Positions 12,812-25,595 of a stretch of DNA of 64,000 nt are shown here, in pieces; the first letter of the stretch is position 1; every line of letters starts with the position of its first letter. The position numbers were made by a program, and so were the translations under genes. The notes under the pieces were generated by a model. It ran no database searches. It was not told the DNA's origin and worked only from the letters and a program-made list of their open reading frames with translations. This DNA comes from Octopus vulgaris. Taxonomy: Eukaryota. Location: contig OX597832.1 of the NCBI GenBank assembly GCA_951406725.2, positions 39,804,001 to 39,868,000 of the forward strand. The letters run 5' to 3'.

Positions 12812-13217
12812 AAGACGGTGAGCTGGCAGAATCGTTAGCGCACTGGGCGAAATGCTTAGAGGTATTTCGTCTGCCGTTACGTTCTGAGCTCAAATTCCGC
12901 TGAGGTCGACTTTACCTTTCATCCTTTCGGAGTCTATTAAATAAGTACCAGTTATGCACTGGGGTCGATATAATCGACTTCATCCCTTTGTCTGTCCTTG
13001 TTTGTCCTCTCTATGTTTAGCCCCTTGTGGGTAATAAAGAAACAGGTATTTTATCTGCTGTTACATTCTGAGCTCAAATTCCGCTGAGGTTGACTTTACC
13101 TTTCATCCTTTCAGAGTCGATTAAATAAGTACCAGTTATGCACTGGGGTTTATATAATCGATTTAATCCGTTTGTCTGTCCTTGTTTAGCCCCTTGTGGG
13201 CAGTAAAGAAATAGGTA
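12812..13217 (+). mobile_element. SINE family B with duplicated 3' half
   Basis: GAGCTGGCAGAATCGTTAGC..GAGGTCGACTTTACCTTTCATCC..AAGTACCAG core, repeated at 13045-13217. Many copies in the window. Confidence 0.85.
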
Positions 13218-13246
13218 GTGGTTAATGATTTTTTTTCTTTTCTCAG

Positions 13247-13535
13247 GTGACCATCTCTTGAAGTTGGACAAGAAAGACGGCACTCACAAGCCGTGTAATT
13301 TGGCAGCAGCCACGCCCCTTCAGGATGTGGCTGCTCCCTCCTCCTCTTCCTCCACCTCCAGTGGCGAGGCTGCCTCTTCCTCTGCTTCTCTCAACCACTT
13401 GTCTTCTGCTTACATGGACAACGAGCATAGAATGCAGGACCTGCTTACTGATCCTGAAATCCGGGAAGCCCTCGTCGACAAGAAGGTCCAAGAAGTGATT
13501 GCAATGCAAAGTCAAAATCCTGAAAGAGCCCAAAG
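13247..13535 (+). CDS. STI1/DP-domain-like protein, exon 3
   Basis: ttttctcag|GT..CAAAG|gttggt, phase 1/2. MQDLLTDPEIREALVDKKVQEVIAMQSQNPERAQ is a DP motif. Confidence 0.88.
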
Positions 13536-13824
13536 GTTGGTGGTTTTTGTGTCTTTATCTTCTATCTTCTGTTTCGATTGTTAGGTTGTGGCCATGCTGG
13601 GGCACCACCTTGAATTTTTTGTTGAATTTATCAACCCCAGTATTTATTTTTTTTCCAAAGAATGGTACTTATTCTATCAGTCTCTCTTGCTGAACCGCTA
13701 AGTTACAGAGACATAAACACACTAATACCAGTTGTCAAGCAGTGATAGGGGGACAAAATGTACATATATATATATATATAAGTATAAGAATGTGTATTGT
13801 CCGTTTAATTAAAAAATTCTATAT

Positions 13825-13910
13825 GTGGCTGAAGATTGCTCGACATTTTAAAACTGATGTAATACTTACAGTGTTTAATAAAATGAAGTAGCATGAAACA
13901 ATTGTACTAC
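13825..13910 (+). ncRNA. Hammerhead ribozyme-like motif, family 1 (CpG-decayed copy)
   Basis: GTGG-CTGAAGA-stem II-GAAAC-AATT-GTA-CTAC. Confidence 0.6.
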
Positions 13911-14645
13911 ACTACCTTGGATATCCTTGTTGCTTATTTTGATTATATATATATATGATGGGCTTCTTTCAGTTTCCATCTACCAAATCCATTCACAAGG
14001 CTGAACCCAGAATCATGTGGCTGGGAAGCAAATCTTTCCTTTTATAATTTAATCAGAAGGGAAGGGACGATACCCGTGTGTTTCCCAACCCCTTGTCGAC
14101 TGGTGAGGTTGATGTTGCCCAGTCTGAGCATCTGTAAAGAAAAAAGTGCATGAGATGGAGGAGGGACAGTCTTAGTCCAAATACTCAACAACAGAGCGAA
14201 CTCTGCTAAAAGCACCCAGGGGTCAGCTGATGGTGTTGTTAAATTGAGTAGCATGTTGGGCCTAACAAATAGGATTTATCTTTTACTTGTTTCAGTCATT
14301 GGACTGGAGCCATGCTGGGGTGCCACCTTGAAGGGTTCTAGTTGAACAAATCATTCCACCTCCCGATACTTATTTTGCAGTAAGCCTACTACTTGTTCTA
14401 ACAGCCTCTGTTGCCAAACTCCTGTGTTACAGGAACACAAACTAACACCAGTTGCCAAGCAGTGAACGGTGGGCCAACAACAGCACACACATTTACATCA
14501 TTTATATAGCAGCTGTGTGGTAAGTCTCATGGTTCCAGATTCAGTCCCACTGCATGGCACCTTGGGCAAGTGTCTTCTACTATAGCCTCGGGCCGACCAA
14601 AGCCTTGTGAATGGATTTCGTAGATGGAAACTGAAAGAAGCTTGT

Positions 14646-14940
14646 CATATCTCCTCTATGCTGATGACCTGGCCCTTGTAGCAGAATCACTGCCGGAACT
14701 AGAGAAGAAATTTCGTGTGTGGAAGCTAGGTTTAGAATCAAAAGGCCTTAGAGTCAATGTAGCAAAGACCAGAGTTCTAGTAAGTAGGAAGGCAAACTCA
14801 CCACACACCCCCTTAGGTAGGTGGCCCTGCTCGATCTGTAGAAAAGGTGTAGGTAGAAACTCCATAAGATGTACCCAGTGTAAGCTATGGACACATAAGA
14901 GGTGCAGCAATATCAAAGGAAGGCTAATTGGGAAGATAGT
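14646..14940 (+). mobile_element. RTE-like LINE RT fragment with Cys/His cluster
   Basis: LLYADDLALVAES..GLRVNVAKT..CSICRKGVG..CTQCKLWTHKRC, fused to a SINE A 5' half (14510-14645). Confidence 0.85.
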
Positions 14941-15470
14941 TCGTTGGCGGCGTCATGTGCTGTTAATCTTGATATGGGATCACCATGTCGCACATATGGT
15001 TGTGATGCATGTGCCTGGTGTACCCTTATCAGACAGGTAGTCATGATGGGTATACTGAGCTTCGTATATTTTACCCCAGTGTCACTTTGATGGCATGCAC
15101 TGCTCTCTCACTCAATAATAATGATAATAATAATAATAAAAATGTCAAATGTCTTGGTGCATAACTTTTGGCCCACCCTGTATATTTGTTATAATAATAA
15201 AATTTTGTTATAATATTTTTGGCATTGTTATAATATTTCTTATAATACTAAAAATTTTGTTGTAATATTTTGTTATAATATTTTTAGCATTGTTATACTA
15301 TTTTGTTATAATATTTCTTATAATAATAAAAATGTCAAATATTTTGGTGCATGACTTTTGGCCCACCCTGTATATTTGTTTTATATAATGTTAAGTATTT
15401 TTTTTTTTTTGTTTTGGTGTTCTTTTCAAAAATAAAAAAACTCTTTTTCGTTTTTTGCCCCACTCCTCAG

Positions 15471-15552
15471 TATGTTACACCAAGGGGATGCTGAACTGCG
15501 GAAGAAAGTAAGGAAGCTTGTTGATGCTGGACTGTTAACTTTCAACTCTTGA
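15471..15552 (+). CDS. STI1/DP-domain-like protein, terminal exon
   Basis: ctcctcag|T ATG..TGA, phase 2. SMLHQGDAELRKKVRKLVDAGLLTFNS* resembles the KLxDAGL end of HOP/Sti1 DP2. Confidence 0.85.
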
Positions 15553-16833
15553 GCGGCTCTTTTGGAGACGCCACCAAATTTCCACCACCCCAACAAGTCA
15601 ACCACATTTAGACCATTCGGTCTAGTCTCCACACTAGAATAGAATCTCAATGGAAGCCAATTTTTTTTTCCTTTTTTTTCTTTTTTCTTTTTTTTTTTTA
15701 TTTACTTAAAACATATCTTTATACCTTTCCCCCCCCCCCCTCCGCTAACCCACCCAACCCCTGCAGTGAGTGATCTATAGTTTCTGAGAACATTTAGTAC
15801 AGCTATGCACACCCGACACACACACATGAGCATTATTATCCTTATACGTGTGTTTTTTAACCATTAGTCAGGGGTGGGGTGGCACGGAGCCCATAGTTTT
15901 TTGCAAATGAAGTTATTGTGATTTGATGTTCAGTTTAGATGATGTAGGTTTGTGGTTGAGGGTGGATTGGTGGGCAGTGGGGGGGGGGTTCACATGGTAT
16001 CAGTTAAGTGGCAGAAGAATTGTACAAAAAACATATAAATGAAACAGAAAGAAAAACCCTTTTTTTTTTTATTCATTGATCTGGGTGAAGGGGGAAGAAA
16101 CAACCTGTTTTGGTTCCTTTTGACTAATCAGTAAAGAATAATTAATTGCAATTAATGTGGTTACTGTTGACGAGGACGAAAGTTCCAGGTGGAGGCAAGT
16201 TTAGGGAAGGAAGGATTGTATAATGTATTTAGTTAAAAAGTGTAAATGCTGAAACACTATGTATGAGAAGATGAGAAAAGTTTGTCAAATCAGGGGAGCA
16301 GACCCTGAAAAACACAGAGAAGACAGCTTGAAACTGTGGATCAACAACCTATTTCTCTCTCTCCTCATCCATCCTTCATTTGACAAGAAGTTCTGCAAAC
16401 CCTCCTTCAGACCTACATCATCACTGATGTCCTTTAGCTTAAAAAAAAATTATCTGAAGTTAAGCAGCTTAACCACAGCAGAAAAAAAAAATGAAACAAA
16501 ACATTTAGATGTGACCCTTGATTTATAAACAGCATGTGATACCACTGCCTGATGCAGGATTTGAACTCCTGAGCTATTAACTAAAAAGCCAATATGTTAT
16601 CTGCTTGACTAATTTGAGCTTCCAATTTCTTTTGTTGAGTAACATTTATAGACAAATGTATGACTGCCAGGCCTTTGGGGTTGTACACAAACTCACAGCT
16701 TTCGAGTCATCGTGAACACCCTACTAGTCACTTTATCTAGGGTACTTCTATACCGTAGAATACACAAGCATAAAAATAATAACTCAGAAATATTAAAAAA
16801 GTACTCATCATTCTTCTTCTACTTCTCATTATG

Positions 16834-16877
<44 letters not shown>

Positions 16878-17197
16878 AGCAGTGAGCTGACAGAATCGTT
16901 AACAGACCGGACAAAATTCTTAGCAGCATTTCATCTGTCTTCAAGTTCTGAGCTCAAATTCTATTGAGGCTGACTTTGCCTTTCATCCCCTTTGGGGGTT
17001 GATAAAATAAGTACCAGTTGATTACTGGGGTCAATGCAATCGACTTACACACCTCCCCAAAATTGCTGGCCTTGTGCCTTAATTTGAAATCATCATTATT
17101 AAGGTAGCAAGCTGGCAGAATCGTTTGCAGCATTTTGTCTAAGTTCAAATTCCGCGAAGGTCAACTTTGCTTTTCATCCTTTTGGGGTCAATGATGC

Positions 17198-18036
17198 GAT
17201 TACTAGTTATGTACTGGGGTTAATATAATCAACTAGCCCCGACCCCAAAATTTCAGGCCTTATGCCTTTAGTCCGATGAAGTGATTACTAGTTATGTACT
17301 GGGGTTAATATAATCAACTAGCCCCGACCCTAAAATTTCAGGCCTTATGCCTTTAGTCCGATGAAGTGATTACTAGTTATGTACTGGGGTTAATATAATC
17401 AACTAGCCCCGACCCCAAAATTTCAGGCCTTATGCCTTTAGTCCGATGAAGTGATTACTAGTTATGTACTGGGGTTAATATAATCAACTAGCCCCGACCC
17501 TAAAATTTCAGGCCTTATGCCTTTAGTCCGATGAAGTGATTACTAGTTATGTACTGGGGTTAATATAATCAACTAGCCCCGACCCTAAAATTTCAGGCCT
17601 TATGCCTTTAGTCCGATGAAGTGATTACTAGTTATGTACTGGGGTTAATATAATCAACTAGCCCCGACCCCAAAATTTCAGGCCTTATGCCTTTAGTCCG
17701 ATGAAGTGATTACTAGTTATGTACTGGGGTTAATATAATCAACTAGCCCCGACCCTAAAATTTCAGGCCTTATGCCTTTAGTCCGATGAAGTGATTACTA
17801 GTTATGTACTGGGGTTAATATAATCAACTAGCCCCGACCCCAAAATTTCAGGCCTTATGCCTTTAGTCCGATGAAGTGATTACTAGTTATGTACTGGGGT
17901 TAATATAATCAACTAGCCCCGACCCCAAAATTTCAGGCCTTATACCTTTAGTCCGATGAAGTGATTACTAGTTATGTACTGGGGTTAATATAATCAACTA
18001 GCCCCGACCCTAAAATTTCAGGCCTTACGCCTTTAG
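17198..18036. repeat. 85-bp tandem repeat, about 10 near-identical copies, derived from a SINE B 3' half
   Basis: Units start at 17198, 17283 ... 17963, preceded by a SINE B 5' part (17100-17197). Confidence 0.95.
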
Positions 18037-19059
18037 TAGAGAGGATTATTATTATTATTATTACGGTGAATTGACAGAATTGTTAATGTCAGGCAAAATG
18101 TTCAATGACATTTGTTACAGCTCTTTACATTCTGAGTTCAAATCTCACCAAAGTCAGCTTTGCCTTTCATCCCACCAGGGTTGATAAAATAAAGTACCGG
18201 TCTAGTATTAACACCCTTCTCTCAGAATTTGGCCTTCTTACCAAATATGAAACTTGTTATTATGGCTAGACAGGACTGCAGTTTTGTAGGTAAGGTGAGA
18301 TCTTGGGTTAGAGAAATTTACTCACCCCACTGCAGTTTATTATTGGTATTTCTTGTCTTGAATCCCAACACTTGACAGAGAAATAAATATCAGTGTCAAT
18401 ACTGATAGAATTTGAACAAAGAACTGCAAATTTTTCGATACTTGCTCTTCCTTCCTTCCATACTGATGGTGAACATTGTGAAGACTATGCTATTTTACTC
18501 TATTTACCTTACAAGCCATCAAAAATGGTAACTTTGGCCCTCTGGAATGGATACAATCATAAATTAGAAAAATACAGTAATAGTCAGGTGTTCATCTAGT
18601 ACACTGTATTTTTCTTTACAAAAAAAGAAAAACCCAAAAATATACCAATTTTATGCTTGAAAAATTAATCCAATATTTTCCACATGTAGAACAGTGGAGT
18701 TGGCTCAGTGCTGTAAGAACCTGTTTTTGGTTCATTAGCATTTCCTTCTTCAGTATCTCATTGCTTTTTAGTTCCTACCTTGTCATGACTAAGACAAACA
18801 CCATTTCCTTTCCTTCTACACTGAGCCAGTTGACTCTTTCTTCTCCCCACTTTTTTTTTTCTCTCTCATTATTAGGAGAGAAAAATCTGTATTTGCTTCC
18901 TTGAGATAAGTTTTACTAAGAAAACCTTTACTATGTTTGTTTTTTTTTTCCCTCTCCCTGAGATTCTCTGTAAATTTAGCAAATAAAATCTATTTTTCTG
19001 CACATTGTCCTTTGTTGGTTTTTACGTTTGTTTTATAATTAAAGGATTATCTTTAGCCT

Positions 19060-19440
19060 TTTACTCATTTCAGGCGTTAGATTGTGGCCATGCTGGGGCA
19101 CTGCCTTGAAGAATTTTTAGTTGAATGGACCGCTCCAGTACTTTTATTTTTGTAAGTCTGGTATTTATTCTATCGCTCTCCTTTGCTGAACTGCTAAGTT
19201 ACAAGGATGTAAACAAACCAACACATCGTCAGGCGTTAGTGGAAGACAATCAAGCAAAGACATACACACACTCTCATGATGGGCTGTTTCAGTTTCCGTC
19301 TACCAAATCGACTCACAGGGCTTCGTTGGCCTGAGGCCATCAGGGGAGACACTTACCTAGGGTGCTATGCAGTGGGACTGAACCCAGAACCATGTGGTTG
19401 GGAAGTAAACTTCTTACCACAAAGCTGTGCCTGTACCTAT
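19060..19440 (-). mobile_element. SINE family A (diverged)
   Basis: Reverse-complement similarity to 4471-4870. Confidence 0.75.
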
Positions 19441-20089
19441 GGTGTTAACTTACATGTCAAAATCTGTAAAATATGACAAATTCAGTAAAATGCATGCAAA
19501 TAATTCAAAATAGTGAAAGTCAACCGTTGAGGATGAATCTGATATAAATATAGTTTAAGTTAATGTAAATACATTTAAAGTAGTGAATTTAACAATGTAA
19601 TTATAATTATGTATTGAAGAAATGACAACAAGAGCTCTTTTTTTGTCTTTTCTAATATTATTTTAATAATTTCACTGAGATACAACTCTGGATGTTTCTA
19701 AACTCCTTGTGTATATGCATAAAAAGTCTAAAGTTTCTGGTCTATATACACATGCAAGATGTCTCCATGTTTCTGGATTATATACACAAGGAACCAGATG
19801 TTTCTAGACTATAATGTAGGAATGAATACTGTACACTTAAAAAATATCAAACACGAAATAAAAGTCTTACAAAAATATACTAAATGTCACGTTAGAATGA
19901 GTTCTTAACAAATACTTCAAAAGGTAATTAATCCTTGCTTGACTGGTCTAAAGAACAACTTCACAAGGCTTTTAAACATTTCTGGGTTACATACACAAAG
20001 AGTCTAGATGCTTCTAGACTATATATATGCAAGGTATCTACATACCTTTGAACTATATATATATAGTCCAAAGGTATGTAGACACCTTG

Positions 20090-20290
20090 TGGAAGCGCAA
20101 TGGCCCAGCGGTTAAGGTAACGGACTCGCGATCTTTCGATTGCGGTTTCGATTCCCAGACCAGGTGTTGTGAGTGTTTATTGAGCGAAAACACCTAAAGC
20201 TCCGGCAGGGGGTCGTGGCGATCCCTGCTGTACTCTTTCAGCGGTGGTGCCCCAGCATGGCCGCGGCCTTCAGGCTAAAACATTTTTAAG
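20090..20290 (+). mobile_element. tRNA-derived SINE family C (internally deleted)
   Basis: GGAAGCGCAATGGCCCAGCGGTTAAGG..GGTTTCGATTCCC. Confidence 0.7.
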
Positions 20291-20329
20291 GATATATATA
20301 TATAGTCCAAAGGTATGTAGACACCTGCC

Positions 20330-20605
20330 AGCTCGCCGCCCTGACTGGCCTCCGTGCCGGTGGCACCTAAAATGCACCAACCGTTCGTGGCCGTTGCCAG
20401 CCTCGCCTGGCACCTATCCCAGTGGCACGTAAGAAGCACCCACTACACTCATAGAGTGGTTGGCGTTAGGAAGGGCATCCAGCTGTAGAAACACTGCCAG
20501 ATCAGATTGAGCCTGGTGCAGCCTCCTAGCTTCCCAGACCCCAGTCGAACCGTCCAGGCCGTGCTAGCATGGAAAGCAGACATTTAACGATGATGATGAT
20601 GATGA
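20330..20605 (+). mobile_element. Retroposon 3' module with (GAT)n tail (family D)
   Basis: GGTTGGCGTTAGGAAGGGCATCCAGCTGTAGAAAC..GCTAGCATGGAAAGC..(GAT)n. Opposite-strand copies at 20803-21045, 26015-26268, 27437-27735, 28233-28368, 38773-38995, 40268-40398. Confidence 0.8.
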
Positions 20606-20802
20606 TACAATATTCACATATGTCTGTGGTTATTGCACTAAGTTCAAGGTTAGCTTACTTATAAATTGCTTAAAATTCAAAGTTCGATTTTTAGAATGGT
20701 GGTATAAGACAACCCCAAAATATTTAGGTAAATTTCTGGATTTAAAGCTCGTCTTATACGCGGAAATATACGGTATATAAATGTCTCTTTTTACGTCAAG
20801 TT

Positions 20803-21045
20803 CATCATCATCATCATCATCATCATCATAGTTTAGCGTCCGCTTTCCATGCTGGCATGGGTTGGACGGTGCAACTGGGGTCTGGGAAGCCAGAAGGCTG
20901 CACCAGGCTCTAGTCTGATCTGGCAATGTTTCTACGGCTGGATGCTCTTCCTAACGCCAACCACTCCGTGAGTGTAGTGGGTGCTTTTTACGTGCCAGAC
21001 GGGCTGGCAAACGGCCACGGTCGGATGGTGCTTTTTACGTGCCCA
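20803..21045 (-). mobile_element. Retroposon 3' module family D
   Basis: (CAT)n followed by the reverse complement of 20420-20605. Confidence 0.8.
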
Positions 21046-21353
21046 AGTTATATACAAAAAACAAATGAACATTAAACTGAAGGACTACTGAATACTTTGC
21101 AGTTTGAGCAGTTTTTGTACAGAGATGATGACATTGTAGCTCTTTGAGATTTCAGTTGATTAAAACCCCAGGGGAGAAAGAAGCAGTGAGATGCACAAGG
21201 AAATAGACAATCAAAGAAGAGATTCTAACATAGGCTGCCAGCTTCCTATGCATCATCACTATCATTTTACATCCAGTCTGTACTAAAATGAGCTTTTAGG
21301 GTCACCACAACTTGTGTCGATTTTTTTATGATATATATATATATACGTTTATA

Positions 21354-21755
21354 GGCGCAGGAGTGGCTGTGTGGTAAGTAGCTTGCTTACCAACCACATG
21401 GTTCCGGGTTCAGTCCTACTGCGTGGCACCTTGGACAAGTGTCTTCTACTATAGCCTCGGGCTGACCAAAGCCTTGTGAGTGGATTTGGTAGACGGAAAC
21501 TGAAAGAAGCCCGTTGTATATATGTATATATATATGTGTGTGTGTGTGTGCGTGTGTGTCTGTGTTTGTCCCCCTTGCATTGCTTGACAACTGATGCGGG
21601 TGTGCTTGTGTCCCCCATCACTTAGCGGTTCGGCAAAAGAGACCAATAGAATAAGTACTGGGCTTACAAAAGAATAAGCCCCGCGGTCGAGTTGCTCGAC
21701 TAAAGGTGGTGCTCCAGCATGGCCGCAGTCAAATGATTGAAACAAGTAAAAGAGT
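21354..21755 (+). mobile_element. SINE family A, full length
   Basis: Match to 4471-4870. Confidence 0.88.
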
Positions 21756-22179
21756 ATATATATATATATATATTACATTTTGTGAAATTTGATTTAGTAT
21801 TTCTAAATTGATTTTTTCCCTGTAAATTTGGCATAATATTCCCTCATTATATATATACAGATAAAAGAAACGGAGCAACAATTAACAATTAGAAGCTGAC
21901 CTCAAAAATAACAAACTGAAACAGCTGTAAATGTTATTTTAACTATAATTAAACTATTACCATTCAATACCAACAATCAACTTCTAATTCTTAATTGTAG
22001 CTCTATTTCTTCCCTTATCTGAATATATTAAACCATGGTTTTACCATTTAAATTACCAACTACTGTTAACCTTATAGCAAGGCCTATACACAGGTAGGTA
22101 ATACACCAGTAGTACCTACGGATACATTTATCCCTTAGACAGTTGCATAACCTCTAACCCCTAAATTTTTAATATATAT

Positions 22180-22410
22180 ATTTCTTTACTACCCACAAGG
22201 GGCTTAACATAGAGGGAACAAACAAGGACAGACAAAGGGATTAAGTCGATTACATCGACCCCAGTGCGAAACTGGTACTTCATTTATCGACCCCGAAAGG
22301 ATGAAAGGCAAAGTCAACCCCAGCGGAATTTGAACTCAGAACGTAACGACAGACGAAATACCGCTAAGCATTTTGTCTGGCATGCTAACGATTCTGCCAG
22401 CTCGCCACGC
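22180..22410 (-). mobile_element. SINE family B
   Basis: Reverse complement of 12812-13045. Confidence 0.85.
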
Positions 22411-22440
22411 GTTATAAATTTTTAATATATTTATATATAT

Positions 22441-22656
22441 AAGCAAAGTTTAGGTTAGTTAAAATATGTTTGTAACCTATTTCAACTGCTAAAAGGCAAA
22501 CCCACTACAGATGCCATAGAAAATATTTTTCTCTTATGATAAAAAAGTGAATCTGCAACTGAAGAGAAAAAATTTCTCCATGGCATCTGTAGCGGATTTG
22601 CCTTTTAGCAGTTGAAATAGGTTAGAAACATATTTTAACTAACCTAAACTTTGCTT
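22441..22656. repeat. Long inverted repeat (about 95-bp arms, 26-nt loop)
   Basis: 22441-22535 is near reverse-complementary to 22562-22656. Confidence 0.9.
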
Positions 22657-22689
22657 GTGACTAAACACTGCTTGGTGCTAATAGTTCAG

Positions 22690-22729
<40 letters not shown>

Positions 22730-22756
22730 AAATTTTTCCATAATACCTGATATTTC

Positions 22757-23388
22757 TCAGAGAAATTTCCCAAACACTGTCCCAACAGAAATAAATACAA
22801 ATGCTAGCCCTATGCCTTCTTTATAGCCATATTCTGAGACTGGCAAGTCATTGGAACGATATAACTCTACCAGCTTCCAACAACTCACCAAGAAGTGGGC
22901 CAAATCAGGAACCATTAAAGCAACATTTCGTACGTTTTGGAATGTTCGTCCATGTGCGTAGATTACGTGTGTAATGAATTGGTCCATTCCGCTGAGCAAG
23001 ATGTGTATTGTGCTAATGCACAAGATGAAAAATATCTTCTTGAAGGTGACGGAATTGCGAGAGTCACACATGTTTAGGACTAAAGCAGTAACAACCATTT
23101 CGGTGATCATGAAGTAGATATGGTGGTAGAAGTATGGATAAAAATCTTCGTTGAAGTAGTTGAATATGGACCACCATGAATAATAATGAGGATAGATGTT
23201 TATGGCAAACAGACCGAACATCACCCAGCGGACATGCAGTCGAGGAAATAATAAGTTGTAGATGTACTTTAGACTTTCATATGTTATTGCTACAAAGAAT
23301 ACGGTGAAAATCCAAACTCCGAATGTCTGTGAGGTTGCGTTGAAGTAGATGTGTTTGTACAAAACGATTCCTTGGTTTTCGTAGGCAC
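22757..23388 (-). CDS. Uncharacterised multi-pass membrane protein, paralogue 1, terminal exon (632 nt)
   Basis: Acceptor ttcctcctctag, phase 1. GAYENQGIVLYKHIYFNATSQTFGVW..NIYPHYYSWW..GKFL*, several hydrophobic segments. Same length and frame as 48153-48784. Confidence 0.9.
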
Positions 23389-23496
23389 CTAGAGGAGGAA
23401 GGAAGAAGAAAGGAAGGAATTAATAATGGTTTCAAATTTTGGCACAGGGCCAGCAATTTTGGGAGCAGGGGTAATAATAATAATAATAATAATAAA

Positions 23497-23805
23497 CATT
23501 GTGTACAGTGCTCAGGTGCACTACAACTCATCTAAAGTGCATATATAATCAGGTGTAGTTTTGAGGGATTTCGGAAAGCATGAGGGCCTTAAAGGATGCA
23601 GTGTCATGGCAGTCAACAACTGACGCAGGCAGTTTATTCCATGCTTCAGCAACTCTGAGCGTGAAGAAATGTTTCCGAAAGTCATGGGAGCTGTGTTGTT
23701 TTCTGACTTTGTAGGCATGTCCACGTGTGTTAGACACATGGAGATCAAAAAGGTGTTCAGTCTTGTTGTTGTTGGTGAGGTGGTTGACAACTTGTTGATT
23801 ACATT
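23497..23805 (-). mobile_element. CR1/L2-like LINE 3' end
   Basis: NTRGHAYKV..RKHFFTLRVAEAWNKLP with (ATT)n tail. Confidence 0.85.
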
Positions 23806-23976
23806 GACCCCTGTGATCACCTGGTACTTATTTTATTGACCCTAAAGCATGAAAGGTAAAGTCGACCTTGGTGAAATTTGAACTCAGAATGTAAAGACAA
23901 ATGAAATATCTCTAAGCATTTTGCCTGGCAAAGCTAATGATTCTGCCAACTCAATGCCTTAAGAAAAGAATTAATA

Positions 23977-24473
23977 CCGTAAATCCTTGAGTATAATACG
24001 CAAGTGATTTTTAGGAAGCTCTACCTCTGAAAAACCTGAACCTTGTGTATAATACGCACCCCTTCTCTAACTTGAGTCAAGGAGGTCCATATAACGTCCT
24101 TGGTTTGTAAAGATGTGTACGGTAATGTCCTTTATTATTATTGTATATATGTAACATAATGCAAACGTGTAGCTTTTTTGTGCATTTTGTTTGCAGAAAA
24201 TAATAGTAAAACAGTAATAACATTTAATAAATGTTGCTTACTGCAAGTTATGGATGATTCTTTTATGACTTCATTGCTTTCAGGCTTAGCTTATGGTATT
24301 TTCAAGCCCAACATCACAAAATGCGTCTGAATAAACATTGCCGGACAGCAAATAGAGACTCGGACATTGCTTAGAAAATAATTTTCATTTTTAACCTCGT
24401 ATATAGTACACACTAGGGATTTTGACCTTTAAATTTTGGGGAAAAAATGCGGATTATACACAAGGATTTACAG
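23977..24473. mobile_element. MITE with terminal inverted repeats (Tc1/mariner-pogo-like)
   Basis: TA|CCGTAAATCCTTGAGTATAATACGCA ... TGCGGATTATACACAAGGATTTACAG. Second, inverted copy at 63675-64000. Confidence 0.8.
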
Positions 24474-25595
24474 TTATTTCAACCATAGACACATGGCCTG
24501 AAATTTTAGGGGTGAGGGCTGGTTGATTAAATCAACCCCAGTGCTGAACTGGTACTTATTTCATCGACCCCTGAAAGTATGAAAGGTAAAGTTGACCTTG
24601 GCAGGATTTGAACTCAGAACATAAAGACGGACGAAATACCACTCTAAACATTTTGCCCAGTGTGCTAACGATTCTGCCAGTTCACTGCCATAATAAGAAA
24701 AGATGAAGACTAAACAAATATTGTGAGTTCATTTATTAGCAACATTAGATGAAAAATGTTCAGTGAGAAAGAAGGCACAAAACACTCAAAGAGACTCAAC
24801 TCGTATATTCTATTGGGCAGAATTCTGGTTTAAGCTTCTTAAATAACTGGTCATAACTTTTTAGATTTTTATGAATTTGTGGGAAACACTTGAGAATTCA
24901 TATGATTAAGTAAAAAAATTTTTTAACTTTTAAACCCCTCCCTCCCCCATAAATCCTAACAGTTCCACTTTTTAAAAAAAGTTTTTTCTTAAATCAGTTT
25001 AAAATCAGAGAGTCTAAATTTTTTGCTTAAATCCAGCAATGGACCATCCTTAGGTAATTCATCATTCCATTAAATGGGTTTATGGAAAGGAAAAGCATTG
25101 AAAAACATCTGTACATGTCAGAGCGGCAAAGAAACAAGGAAGGCATCAGGTGGTTGTGAGGTGTGCTAAAAAAAAAAAAAAATAAAACACCCTTAAATTT
25201 TAAAAAAAAATTTATTTTTTTTTTTGCATAATCGTACAAATTCCCATGTGTAGAACAAAAATTTACGAAAATTTTCTGAAAATTCCAAGAAATAAAAGAG
25301 TTATTAAGTGTTCTACACATGGGAATTTGTACGATTATGCAAAAAAAAAAAAAATTTTTTTAATTTAAGGGTGGTTTTTTTTTTGCTTTTTTTAGCACAT
25401 CTCACAACCACTTGATTCCTTCCTTGTTTCTTGTTTCTTCACAAAAATTTTCTGAAAATTCCAAGAAATAAAAGAGTTATTAGGTGGTGCTTAAACTAGA
25501 ATTTTGCCTTCTATCGATTTTGGAAGAATGAAGGGAGGAAGAGAGCAGAAAATGAAAGAAGAGGAGGAATGAATAAAAAACATTGAGGTACATAC

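Noticed and set aside
17198-18036. CRISPR array or tandem hammerheads (CCGATGA in each unit)
   Set aside because: No variable spacers, and no GAAA follows the putative stem II.
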